A stretch of 63,722 nt of DNA, the filler included, from Folioceros fuciformis (Eukaryota): assembly GCA_049999805.1 (NCBI GenBank). It is 11 parts of 11 records of this genome, joined end to end, with 100 filler letters (N's around TTAATTAATTAA, not from the genome) between each part and the next. Parts side by side here need not be neighbours in the genome. Positions count along the whole stretch, not along the records: positions 34,292 to 46,018 come from JBNGIO010001156.1; positions 46,119 to 53,693 come from JBNGIO010001157.1; 9 more parts are not named here. One strand, written 5' to 3'. This document shows, one piece after another, positions 38,692-51,019 of the stretch (its first letter is position 1; each line of letters begins with the position of its first letter). Under the pieces are notes generated by a model. The model saw only the letters and a list, made by a program, of their open reading frames with translations, ran no database searches and was not told where the DNA came from. Position numbers and translations under genes: made by a program.

Positions 38692-40122
38692 TTACGTACT
38701 GCCAGCAGCACGATGGAATGCTTGAATGAAAGTGTTGGAGCTCTGGGCACCAGACAATTGGTAACGATTGTTTATCTGCACCCAAGGCAATATACGTCCC
38801 TAAACTAGTGAGTTCGACGTTTATCACAGATGTGGACAGATCAGCTAAAAAGGAACTGAAGCATAGAGGCAAGGCAAACGTCCAACCAAGAAATGTGGCA
38901 CGCCTGTTACGCCTCGTGCAAACTTCTGCAATTCCTGGTTAACCTGAAGAAATTGGATGGTACCCACATGTTGCAAAAAAAATGGGATGTTACCCACACA
39001 TTGCAAAAGCAATCTACAAAACTTACAGGGAGGTTCCGTGAAAACTACATACCTCTGACAAGCCCGCCGTGGGATTGTCCAGAAATTCCTTCGCATTCTC
39101 CACTTCAACCTTTTGGGCGGCATCCAAAAGCACTTGCCTGAAAGATCCATGAGCAACAGCCAAAGAGCGCTTGGAATAAATCACAGAACAAGAATTGTAA
39201 CGTGGACATGGGTCACGGCTATCACACAACGGAGTAGAAAGAGGGGGATGATGAGTACCTACCTATCACCAATGTACTTTTCCTGGCTGTGATAGTTGGC
39301 AAACAGCTCAGCCACGACTGCGTTCTGCGTTTCCCAGCCCTGCCGCCCCGCCAGATGAATCAATCTGTGGCTGTCCAGAGTGTTGCCCCTGAACATGCAT
39401 CAAGCAACCCGAAGCTCAAGCAACCAGCAGAAGAAACTTAATTACCCAGCACAAGAGAGTTCTGCAGAAAGAATGAGCAGTTCAAATGTCCAGGGTTTGT
39501 CTCACGTCAATCCTCCCAAGCTGTAGGTGAGCCCCAGATCAGCAAACACCTGCACACTTTGTGCATTCCGAATGAAATGATAAGAGTAAAGGGGGAGCAT
39601 CAGAATTGCAATTGCAACGGTGGTTTCAAGCCAACGAAAACGAACAACAGGAAGCACCAGATACCATATGCTGCCCTATGGTACGCATGCCCCATGAGTG
39701 TCAGCCCACCTTGGACATGCGCTCAAACATTGGGCCAGTACGATCCGGCCCGAACTTGCGCTCGTAATACTGACGCTTCTCCACCCCTTCCTTGGATGCG
39801 TCCGGGTTCAACATGAAAGGATGCCACCACACCTGCGCTACCCAATGCAAAATTGCAAACACCGAATTTACGAATGCCAGAAACGTGCAGAGTTGGAGCA
39901 TGCCTAGATCCCACCAGCATCCACACATCTCACTTGGAAGTCATATTGATCGCTCGTAGCAGCAATGGCCTTCTCCAGATTCTCCTTCCCGACGTAACAC
40001 CATGGACAAACTACATCAGAGGTGACATCCACTCGAATGGGCGTCTTGGCAGCCATGGCATGCACACCCCGGCACCCGGACCGCCACGCCTGTGCTGCTG
40101 CCGATAGGGAGCTCCACAACAT
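38692..40122 (-). CDS. DsbA/FrnE-like thioredoxin-fold oxidoreductase, copy 1 (alternative ATG at 40056)
   Basis: VDVTSDVVCPWCYVGK, WHPFMLNP, GNTLDSHRLI, VTGVPHFL|INNRYQLSGAQ. Confidence 0.9.
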
Positions 40123-40636
40123 CCGATTCCCTCGCTGTTGCCCTTTAAGACCTGCCGCGATTCGAGAGTGGACATGGCGGATCAAACGTGTCCTGTTCTG
40201 TCGTGCTTGACTTGCAGACCATGTTGCTAACCTGGTTGTTTCGCAGCCCATAGGAGCATTAGGAAGTAAGCACAGCGCTTTGGCTCAGTACATGGCACGC
40301 CTATCCTTTCAGAAGGAGCACGCAAGGTTGAAGGCAGGCTGCCTGTATTCCAATCCAAGCTCAATCATCTTTGAATTATGAAGTTCAATTATACGACACA
40401 AATTATCTCCACGACACTGGAGCCAATGCTTATACATACAAACAAGATAACCACTACTACGAAGACCCGGCATTCACCAAGCCTGTTATGATACACGATG
40501 CGCTGTGTGCCCCCCCTGCACTATCACTCAAGCGTCTGTCTTTCACCTGGAAGCATTGCGGTCGAGAAAAACCGTGAGCGATGTCGTCAATCCTGAATTG
40601 ATGAACTTTCGGAGGAGCAATTCAAACACAGTGATA

Positions 40637-42095
40637 TTACATCTCATAAAAGCTGGGAACTGATTTTTTGGTAGCAGCCTGATGGAATATTTCGATCAGA
40701 CGGTCTGAGCCAGCGGCGCCAGGTGAGCGGCACCACCCACTTATCTGCAATGGTTCATATACACATGGACAAACACAGTTGAGGTGCCGCTGTTGATAAA
40801 ACAATCCACTGGAGCCAACATGGCAGCAGAGTCTATCCACTCACCAAGAAGTATGGCACGCCTCTGAAGCCTAAGGCCTTCGCAGTTAGCTTTTCAATTT
40901 CCTCACGGACCTGCCAACAACGACGGGGAGTTTGTAATGAAGGCTTGAACAGATTGGCATCCAAGCAGGCATGAAGGCCAAGTAAATCAGGGAGTCGTAC
41001 TGCCAATCATGAGTAAAACGATCAGATGCTCGGTTTCACACACCAAAATTTTGGAAAAGTCAAACCACCTCTTGCAAACCTGCCGTGGGATCGGCCAAAA
41101 ACTCCTCACCATTCTCCACCCCCACTTTCCGCGCAGCCTCAAGGAGAACTTGCCTATCATCAGGACCGCAACAGATTCCCACACATGTGAGCCAGACGAA
41201 TTAAGTACCCACAAATAATACTCCAGTACAGACTACATAGAGAAGGTGAAGCCTGTACAATACACAGTACTGACACTAGGTACATACATGCGCAGCCATG
41301 TGTGTATGTTACTCCAACCTGTCACCGATGTACTTCTCCTGGGTGTGATAATTAGCAAAAAGCTCCTCCACAAGTGCAGTCTGCACTGCCGAGCTCTGGC
41401 GTCCAGCCAGATGAATCAGTCTGTGGCTGTCCAGGCTGCTGCCCCTGCACCACCACCGTCACCACCACAGCAGCAGCAGCTGCAAGTGAGTGAGCTAGCA
41501 AGGTCCAGCCTCCATACATGCTCGTTGCACAACGCACAATGCCACCATCTGGAGAGTTCTTGTGAACTCACGTCAATCCTCCGACGCTGTAGGTCAACCC
41601 CAGCTCAGCGTACACCTGCAGGCAAACCCTGATTGTCATCAGCGAATCAGGACGCGACCAAGTCATTGCAACCACATGACTGCTGCTGGTACCAAGGACA
41701 GCAAACCAGGACCAGGACTGGACCTTGGACATCTGGTCAGCCATATCATCGCTACGACTCCCAAACTTCTTAGCGTAAAAATCCCGCTTGCTGATACCCT
41801 GCTTGGATGCATGGGGCTCCAACAAGAAAGGATGCCATGACACCTGCACATGGCATGGGAAAGTGATGGCCATCTCAACTTCAGGAAGCCACTGTCCTTA
41901 TCTTGTCCCTCAGCTAGACGTGCCAAACTGGCGTGCTACGGCATCGCCAAATTCAGGAAAGGAATTGCTCACTTGGAAGTCATAGAGATCCGTGGTGGCA
42001 TCCATTGCTCTGTCCAGCTGCTTCTTCCCAACGTAGCACCATGGACACACAGTATCCACGGCGACATCAATCCGAATCAGAGGCTTAGTGGCCAT
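40637..42095 (-). CDS. DsbA/FrnE-like oxidoreductase, tandem copy 2
   Basis: IDVAVDTVCPWCYVGK, WHPFLLEP, GSSLDSHRLI, RGVPYFL. Exon boundaries match copy 1. Confidence 0.88.
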
Positions 42096-42748
42096 CCTGC
42101 TTTCAGCTTACAACTGCCAATGCGAGAATTGTCAGGGCCGTGATCCGCTGCACCTAGCTCAGATCTATGGTGCGAACTCGAGGAAACACGAACCCAACTT
42201 CAACATAAATAGTGAATTAATTCTCCCTTACCAGACCGCATCTCGGGAGAGCGGTCTCAAATCACATTTTCTCCAGCAATTCTTGCGCACATTTTTTCAC
42301 AGTGTTTCTCATCGTTTTTTAATATATATATATATATAATGTATGATGAGTAAGAATAGTAGATAGATATATATACAATGGAGACTTTATTATAGAAAGG
42401 GGATGAAAAAGAGTAGCATAATCTATGATTGCAATTCCAGTTGGCCAACAAAATAATTTCATATGTTTTAGGGTTGCTATGCATACAACACATGTTGCTC
42501 ATCTCATGCAACATAGCATTCCATCTCTATTTCAACACTCATTCATTGCTTTTAAATTACTTACAAAGTAGAATGCAAATATTCCATGTTTGCATCCCAC
42601 TTTTCATATTTGTATTTGGCTTGTCTTAAAGGATTCTCTTGGGAAGCTGTAGAGAAGAGAAAATTAGGGAGACAGATATCTATATCGAAAGGCATGCAGA
42701 TGCAATCGACAATTCAGGCATGTGAGAAATCAGAGCAAGAAACATCAT

Positions 42749-45727
42749 TCAACCTTGAGCAACACGCTGATGATGAGAATAATGTGCTTCACAATTCGAT
42801 GCTTGAGAAAATGGAGAATCAAGCCTCAACATGTCATCGTGAGCAAAATATGACCCATGTGATGATACTTGTGAAAAAGGTGATGAAAGTTGCACAGACC
42901 CACCAAGAATCAAAGATTGAGAAAATGGAAACCGAAGTTGTCTAGACTCATTATGTGTAGAATAACATCGAGCAAATGGAGACTGAAGTTGTAATGACTC
43001 CATATGGTTAGAATTACATTGAGACAATGGGGACTTGAGTCTTAATAGTGACTCGTTGTGAGTAGAATGACAATGAGAAAGTGGAGATTGGAGTCGTAGT
43101 GACTCAATGTAGGTGGAATTACATTGAGAAAATGGAGAGTTTAGTCGAATCAACTCATTGTGGGTAGAATTACATTGAGAAAATGGAGATTTAAGTCTCA
43201 ATAACTCATCCTCACGAGAACAACCATTGAGGAATAAATCATGGGTACAAGACATTGAGGGAAGCTTAGCTGTATATGTAGGATATCCAGCTAAATGGGG
43301 TCTTGACATAGGCACGGATTTGCATGGCTCAAGAGATTCAGCATAGTTTTCTTCAATAGCAGATGGAGTAGACTCATAGAGACTTATAGGGTGCTTAATC
43401 CCATGATTCAACCTTGTAACTATCGACCCAACTTCACTGGGGTGTCTGATACAACCACTCAAACTAGTCACACAAGAAGCCTGAGCCTCATTAGGATTGA
43501 GGTGTCTGACTCTACTTAACTCACTAATGTAAGGTGGAAGTTCACCACACCTAAGATAACCATCAATACTTGCCCTGGTAATGCATGAAGTTGGACAAGA
43601 TGAACTTTGGTCTATGCACATTTTCTTGCTGTTTGCTAAGTTGGTATCTTCAACACCATTCAACTGATGTTCAAAAGAATAGGTATCAAGTTGAGATTGT
43701 TGAAATGCAGATAGATCTGTGTAAGATCGTTTAGAGATTCTGTTGACCCTGGAGTTTTGGTCATGTAGCATTGGACTCACTCTTGGAATTGCTCTTGTTT
43801 GAGATGAATTCTTAACACTATGTAGTATATCTTCTTTGTCTTGGGCAAGCATTTTTTCGGCATCTTGCCTCCCCAACTCCATAAACCATACCTATTGTAT
43901 CAAAAGATTAGACAAAGATAGGTAGCAGCTATATTTAACCTTTGGAGGAGCAATTCCTTACCTCATCAAAGTTTTCGTCAGAGCCTGGATCATTTTTTGA
44001 TGTAGGGAGAACAAAGTTTTCTACAAGTAAAATGTTGCTTTGTGAGCTCAATATCTAACAACTTAGGAATCCATCCTTTACTTGTCTCTCAAGGTTAGTT
44101 AATTTGATCTAAGTTGCAAGAGTGTCCAAAGTAGATTTCATGTATTGAAGAAGAACCTACAAACCTAGTAAACCGTATCCTTAAGTGATGAATATTTTGT
44201 GCCATTATAAAATAATACTAACCTTTCATCTTATTCACCTCTTCTTCTGGAACATCCTTTCCCATTTCAAGAAATCTCTTCTTTGTTCGGTCCTTCAATT
44301 CTTGTGGAGGTGGATAGATGATTACTGCAATCTACAATAAAAGCTTATGAATAATATATTAAAATGAAGTAACGAAATTTTTTTCTCACTTTAAAATAAC
44401 ATACTCTCACTTCAAAGCAGCATACTCTCACTTTAAAATAGCATGAAGTCCTCTCCAACTCACTTTTCTATGCATGAAAAATGCTTTGAGCTTTCTCTTC
44501 CTTGCACTTTTGTAAACGTTTGTTTGATCAATTATATAATTATGAGGAATATTAGCTGCTCGTTTAAGAAGGGTATTAAAAACCACTGTGGATACGTCAA
44601 TTAGTCGAGCAAATCTCTCCCCATAATTTCTTTTTCTACCTAATCCAGGAACCTGAAGAAAGGAAGAGAAAAAACATACCCTTTTATGCACCTAAGACAA
44701 CAATGTTTTATCATACACCATCTCAAAGCCAAAGTGCAATTATGTGTAGCTAGTTAACTACCTTCATTTGGTCTAATACTAAGTTTGTTCCTAAGATAAC
44801 ATAACGTTTCTCAGGATGTTGTGCATGCCATTTTTCTGCCCATGTAGTCTTTCCTGCTCCAGGGAGCCCCACCATCATCAACAATTCACAATCTTGTTTG
44901 ATACTCCATTTGGGCCCTTGTACTCCAACTCCATCAACAATTGCTTTATCCCAAGGTTGGAAGCTTTGCAAAGGAATAAGCCCATCGTCAAAACTAAACT
45001 GCAATCTAACCACCACGTTCTTCAGAAGCACATGAGGATACAATGCCATAGGCGAACTCTGCTGCACTTGCTCTTCAAGCAACACCTCAATAGCTATTCC
45101 TAGCCACTTCCCATTCTTCGCAAAACCAATCTTAGCAGAAGACTGGCTCGACATATCAACAGCTACAGTTATGGTGTCTCCAACTCCAAACCTTTCTCCA
45201 TAGTCTCGAAACTTAGCAGCAGTGGAGAACTTGCCAGTCCCTCCATATCCAAAGCTATTCTTAGTTTCCCCCAAACATCCCACATTTACATCACTTGTTG
45301 ATACTCCTACTCGACACAAGTTCTTTTGATCATCTTGTGTATCTGGCATATAAACTTCTTGTGAACCTACAACAGTGCATGAGAAGCAATGCCGACCTCC
45401 ACAAATGGCAAGATTGGCTCGAGCACCAGACCAACAATAAGCAAACCCCTTTTCATAGAGTGCACTTCCACCTAGTCCGTCCCTCCATATGTCAAAATCT
45501 ACAACACCCACAAAAAACAAAAGGCTTAGAAGCTAGAAAGCATCAGTAACAAAGATGGTTCAAATTCTTGAGTTTCATGCACCAAGATCACAATCTGTTC
45601 AAATATATAAGATTCATGTACCAAGATTGCAATCAGCTTGATTTAGCATTACAAATGATCCTTCCAGTGATATAGGAGTTTGTAAACCTTTCGTCGTAAG
45701 TAAAGAAGACAAGTTGTTTTGTGACAT
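42749..45727 (-). CDS. hnRNP U-like protein (SPRY plus P-loop/AAA_33) with a repetitive C-terminal exon
   Basis: MLNQADCNL|DF, GFAYCWSGARA, LGETKNSFGYGGTGK, Walker A MMVGLPGAGKTTWA, ILGTNLVLDQMK|VPGL, NYIIDQTNVYKSARKRK. Confidence 0.88.
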
Positions 45728-45969
45728 ATTGCAAAGGTTTTACATTTTATATGCACACATTTGGCATTGTTGTCTTTTTACATAAATTTCATGTATGATA
45801 CACCATGTGTGCTACACTTGAGAAAGTAAGCCGTATGACAACTAAGACTCTACTTATCTAAACCCACATTAACTAAAAAGTAGTTTGATAATTATATATC
45901 TTGTTCATGTTAAGAAAAGTAAACGAGACATTTCTACAATATTTATTTATTTATTTAAAAAACAAATTA

Positions 45970-45972
<3 letters not shown>

Positions 45973-46004
<32 letters not shown>
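45973..46004. repeat. (AT)n microsatellite
   Basis: Uninterrupted AT run next to the contig end. Confidence 0.9.
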
Positions 46005-46007
<3 letters not shown>

Positions 46008-46018
46008 ACCTAATATAT

Positions 46019-46118
46019 NNNNNNNNNNNNNNNNNNNNNNNNNNNNNNNNNNNNNNNNNNNNTTAATTAATTAANNNNNNNNNNNNNNNNNNNNNNNNNN
46101 NNNNNNNNNNNNNNNNNN
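46019..46118. other. Artificial contig spacer
   Basis: N44-TTAATTAATTAA-N44. Confidence 0.99.
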
Positions 46119-46567
46119 CTGCCCTGCCCAACCCTTAACATATCCATCATCTTCTCTACACTTTTCTTAAGAAACTCATCTTCCATGTCTATACAAGCTT
46201 ATTATATTCTCATGTAACAGTCTCTCCTCTTTTATTGACACTTTGTACTTCTGCATTATTGGATACTCATAATTGTATATAACGGTGAACCTTTTAGTTT
46301 ATTGGGTGAAGTCTTTCCCTTCCTTCCTTCCTATAAGTCATCGGTGACTATGGAATACCAATGCGGGTAGGGATTATAGACTCATGTTTTTTTTGGAATA
46401 TGCATTTTAAACATGAATATTATGTGGCATATAAGGAATATTCCTCTACTCTACTATAGCAAATTTTTTTAAATATCTCTACCCTCTTTCTTTGTGGACC
46501 CAAAGGGACACAATCTTTAAAGAATCGTCCCAATTGGACAAAGTGTGTTAAGTTTCTAGCACAGCAT

Positions 46568-46637
46568 TTCGGGACAATCGAGAGCTCTCGATTGCGGACT
46601 AGTTCGGGACAATCGAGAGCTCTCGATTGCGGACTAG
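46568..46637. repeat. Exact 2 x 35-bp direct repeat, each unit holding a perfect 20-bp palindrome
   Basis: TTCGGGACAATCGAGAGCTCTCGATTGCGGACTAG twice; palindrome CAATCGAGAG/CTCTCGATTG. Confidence 0.92.
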
Positions 46638-47884
46638 AGCGGGGGCTGTTTGCAGCAGGGCTGATGACTTGTAATTGTGCAAAGGGCAACCACGTCCACG
46701 GCTCGCCTACCTTCACGACCAGGGCATCACGATGCAATGGACGTTTGGGAAATGATGTGCCAGCGGGAGTACATTGCAGGGTGGCCAATAGTTCAAACGA
46801 GCTATTGGGAATTGTTTGAGTTCCTGGCCAACCTGGAAGACCATGAGCGCCTGCCTGCAAATGGATGGCTTTCTGCCAAACGTGCCCACACTCTACTAGC
46901 TGCACAGTAGAGGGGTTGACGATGCGAAGTGGAGGTGGACAAACTACTACGACAAAGCATACCTACTGGTGGAATGTCATGTCTTCATGCATCAAGTGTT
47001 TGACACTGGGGCGCCTGGTGACTACATAGTGTATGCAGGGAGGGTGCGACCACAATCAATCCATGACCTGAGAGTGTGGTTCACGCAGTTGCATGCGTCT
47101 GGAGCAACAGCCAAGGTTGGAAGGTGGCCAGAAAGATATTATGCGTTGCTCGATTGTGTTCGTCTAGGGGAACTGCAGTGGAACAGACGAGCAGTGAAAT
47201 GGTTCGATGAGCTAAACATGCAAACCGAAAAGCATGTTTTAGACTTCCTTTCTGGCCTTCGCGAGGAGGCAGCCACATCCCAAGATATTGGGGGGTTAGA
47301 GGATTGGGGTCGGCATGCCGGAACTTAGTGTCTACAATTGGCTCTTGTAGCCATGTTGTGGTGTGCCTTGCATTCCACACACAACAAGGGAGCTGTACAT
47401 AAAGCGTACCCTAAGCCCTGAACTAGTGAACGATCTGTGGTATGTCCTGTTTGCAAGGATATCATGGCATGTACCGCCGCGGGCACGTCATTGTGGTCAT
47501 CATGTAAACCACACCCTTTTTTTCATAGACAGTTGAATGAGGCTTGTGCTTGGTGTACACCAAAGTGCAATGGCAAATATGGATGTATTGGCTTGCTGGT
47601 GAGTCTCGGGTGAACGCTGAGGTCCGAACCTAACCCCTAACTAACTAAAAAAAAGTGAGTGTGAGTGGACGATACGAGACGGACCGGGATGAGAGAAAAA
47701 ACAAAGTAGGCGTCCCGATCAAGACAACTACTTTGTGCCCTATGACCGAAGCGGGCACAAACGTTATGTCCCTTATCTTTGCACCGTATACCCTGAGAGT
47801 GGGGTCAGTCTCTTTATCCCAATTTATCAAAAATCTTGTGCTCGTCGATTACGTAAATGTTTTCAAGTATCCTCATGACCCAGT

Positions 47885-50398
47885 ATCTTCATGACACTAT
47901 ACCGCAAGATCTCCTTGACCATACGGTAAATGGAGAAGCCTTTTTGCTTGGTTGGATGAGGTTTTTTTTACTATGCACTCTATATTGCACCACGGCTTTC
48001 TTCAAGGGAGTTTGTCTAGCACAGTTTATGACCATTTTCAAGATTATTTTTCTCCTGAAGATCCCTCAAGTAGTTTTTTGGAGCTTTATACCCTAGCAAT
48101 TGCATGGCTAGAAGAGAAGTTCTCAATCAAATCTCTTAGATTTTAGCGACTATGGAGGCTACTAGTGCTGGAAAAGCCCACCTCAAGAGTGTGTCCTATT
48201 GTCATGGGGGAGGTATTTCCATGCCTTATTTGCCGAAGTATCGCAATTCGACTTCAAAAGCACTTCCAAGAGCATCTTTCACCCCACCAATTTGGGATTG
48301 CTACCCCAAGTGAGTGTGAATTTGCCACCCTCGGCATCTAGGCGGCCCTCGAGTTACATCCTCACTAGGTAGCTTTGTAGGTTGATATTAAGAATGCTTT
48401 CAACACTTTCTCTAGGGTTGTCATGTTCTCGGAGCTGAAGAGTGCTCGAGGTCAATTAGTAAGTCACATGTCTTTTGTTCACTCCTTCTATGGCTCACCA
48501 TCTAAGCTCTACTACCAACATGGCCCGACCATCAAGAGTATCTCTTTCTTTTATTTAGCAACGGGCACAATGCAAGGGGATCCGCTAGGGGACATTTCAG
48601 GAATGCCTTTTCCAATGTGTGGCTGATGACACTCATATTCTTGGGCAAGGAGTCACACTCAAAGCAGCATTTGATTTCTTCTTGTCAGAGCTCTCCAAGG
48701 TGGAGTTGAAGGTTAAGCTATTTAAATGTAAGGTTTAGTCCCCTTCAGGCATCACTTTCCTCCTTCAGTATTCAAGGAGGGAGGGGATATTGCCCTCTCA
48801 GCGGGACTTTGAGTTTTGGGTGTTCTTTTGGGACCTCTTGATTTTGTTCAAAGGTTTGTGCATGCAATGTTGGATAAAGATTTGGCTCATATCATGGACC
48901 TCTCACGAATCGATGACCTTCGTATTGCGTTTGCTATTCTTTCTTCCTATTTTGCACGGTGACCAAGTTATCTCACTAAAACTGTTGCATCTTCTCTAGT
49001 TTTCATATTAAGTCTCTTGAAGTTCGACAATCAAGTTATGTATGACGTCATAGTTCTTGGCACTTTTGAGTGTGTCGTTGGTGATTTGGTTCGGAAGTAG
49101 GCTTTCTTACTAATCGACCGGCCTTTGGAGGGGTTGGCCTTTTGGCCATGGAGGCCTTTGCCCCAACTACTGAGAAAAGTAGTTGGGCCCTCTCAACTAC
49201 AATTTTGGCCCCTAATTTTTGCTGCAAGATTCCCCTCTTCTTGAAGGTTTTATCTCAGGCATTGAGGAGGGCGTTTTCCCTTTACATGTATGTCTTAGAC
49301 AAGCGAGGGATTCTTTACCTTTGGAGGCTCGTAAGGCTCTACCTCCTTTCACCTCCTTTTTTAGGGAAGGGTTGAGGGGTCTCAAAGCCTTCCTCCTAGA
49401 AAAGCAATATGGCCAAGCAATGAGAGCCTTTCTTTCAGACTCATCCATCCCTAAGTCTTTTAGAGCTTGTATTTGCTCTTGTTTGTGTAAAGGAGCAGGC
49501 TCTTGGCTTTTGGCTCAACCTTGCATCCAGGCGTTTTGAATCGCACCAGCAATTTTTACCACTACGATGAGATTTCGCTTAGGTTTGGCCCACTCCTTGG
49601 CTATTTCTCTCTCTACATGTAGTTGTGGGGTTGCCATTGTCGATACATGGTCCCATTTGACACATTGTCCCTTTGGGAGGCCCCACATTGCCACCCATGA
49701 TGTAGTTCAAGATGTCATGTTCTCAATGGCTAGGGATTGTAGGTTTCTTCCATATAGCAAGCATCCATATACTTTGCACAACGAGGTTTCACTTAGAGCC
49801 GACCTTTTTTTCACTAGGGGGGAGGTTTGTGTCATTGATGTGGTTGTTACGGATCCCACGAAGGATTTGATCTATGAGCACATCATCATTAACCCCCTGG
49901 TTGGATGGCGGAGGGTTGTGCAAATGCCAAAGTCCATAAGTATTCTTGCCTACAAGACAGGCATAAGTATTCTCGCCTACAAGACATGCATGCTTTCATC
50001 TCCCTTGCTCTTTATACTCATGGGGCTATGGGCAAGGACTTTTCAAGGTTCATTTAGGAGTGCGCCAAGGCTTATTAGAGTCATATGAATGGTGTTCTCC
50101 CTATTTCCTCTATGGTGGCCTTCTTTCCACAACGTATATCCATTGCTCTGCAAAGAGCATTGGCCGATGCGGTTTTTCAAACAACAACAAGCGTAGGTCA
50201 AGCAACTTCTTCGGCTTCGGTGGTAGGTAGGCCTTTGATTATTCCACATCATGAAATTTTAGGAGCAGTAGGTAGTTTTTGAAAATGATGTTCTAAGGGG
50301 CTGGTACCCCTTTTAGCCTTTGGCCCTACTCGAGTTGTTCCTCTTATCTTTGGAGTAGATGGGACTTTCCATCTCTTTTTCAATAATAGAAAAGAAAA
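47885..50398 (+). mobile_element. Long decayed CRE-like non-LTR retrotransposon (RT, CCHC, RLE, 3' UTR with A-rich end)
   Basis: PIVMGEVF, HLSPHQFGIA, VDIKNAFN, TGTMQGDPLG, ADDTHILG, GAGSWL, CSCG...HLTHC...THDVVQD, LRADL, DVVVTDP. Many stops and frameshifts. Confidence 0.88.
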
Positions 50399-50438
50399 TA
50401 CTCTTTTCCATCGAGGTTACCAAAACCTTGTTTGACAA

Positions 50439-50753
50439 TTGGGTGAGTGTTTATATGCAAGTTCATTGAAAGTCTCATGCATTGATTGACATATGATAAG
50501 GTAAAAAAAGATAAGGTGTCTTCAAGTATGTTTACCAAATCCTTGCTTGTCAATTAGGTGAGAGTTTTCATGCAAGTTCATTGAAAATCCCATATATTGG
50601 GTGAGAGTTTATATGCAAGTTTATTGAAAGTCTCATGCATTGATTGACATACGATAAGGTAAAAAAAGATAAGGTGTCTTCAAGTATGTTTACCAAATCC
50701 TTGCTTGTCAATTAGGTGAGAGTTGTCATGCAAGTTCATTGAAAATCCCATAT
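50439..50753. repeat. Tandem duplication, 2 x ~158 bp, with internal sub-repeats
   Basis: TTGGGTGAGxGTTTATATGCAAG...GAAAATCCCATAT starts at 50439 and 50597. ATGCAAGTTCATTGAAA recurs within each unit. Confidence 0.88.
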
Positions 50754-51019
50754 GTTGATTGAGATACGAAAAAAAGATAAGATCCCCATCTACCTCCGAA
50801 AAGAGAGGGAAAAAAAATGCAAATGAGCAACCATGCCTAAGAGGACTAGCCTTAAGGCCATCACATGGTAAGGTTTTTAATCATGATTCATTCATGATTA
50901 TTTGGAGTTGTTATTAAATGTAAAAAGAAAATGGGTATACACCCACCCAAGTAGCTTTGTTCAAGTTTCATACGTTTTTTACAATCATGCTATCATGACT
51001 ACAAGATGAGAGTATTGAT

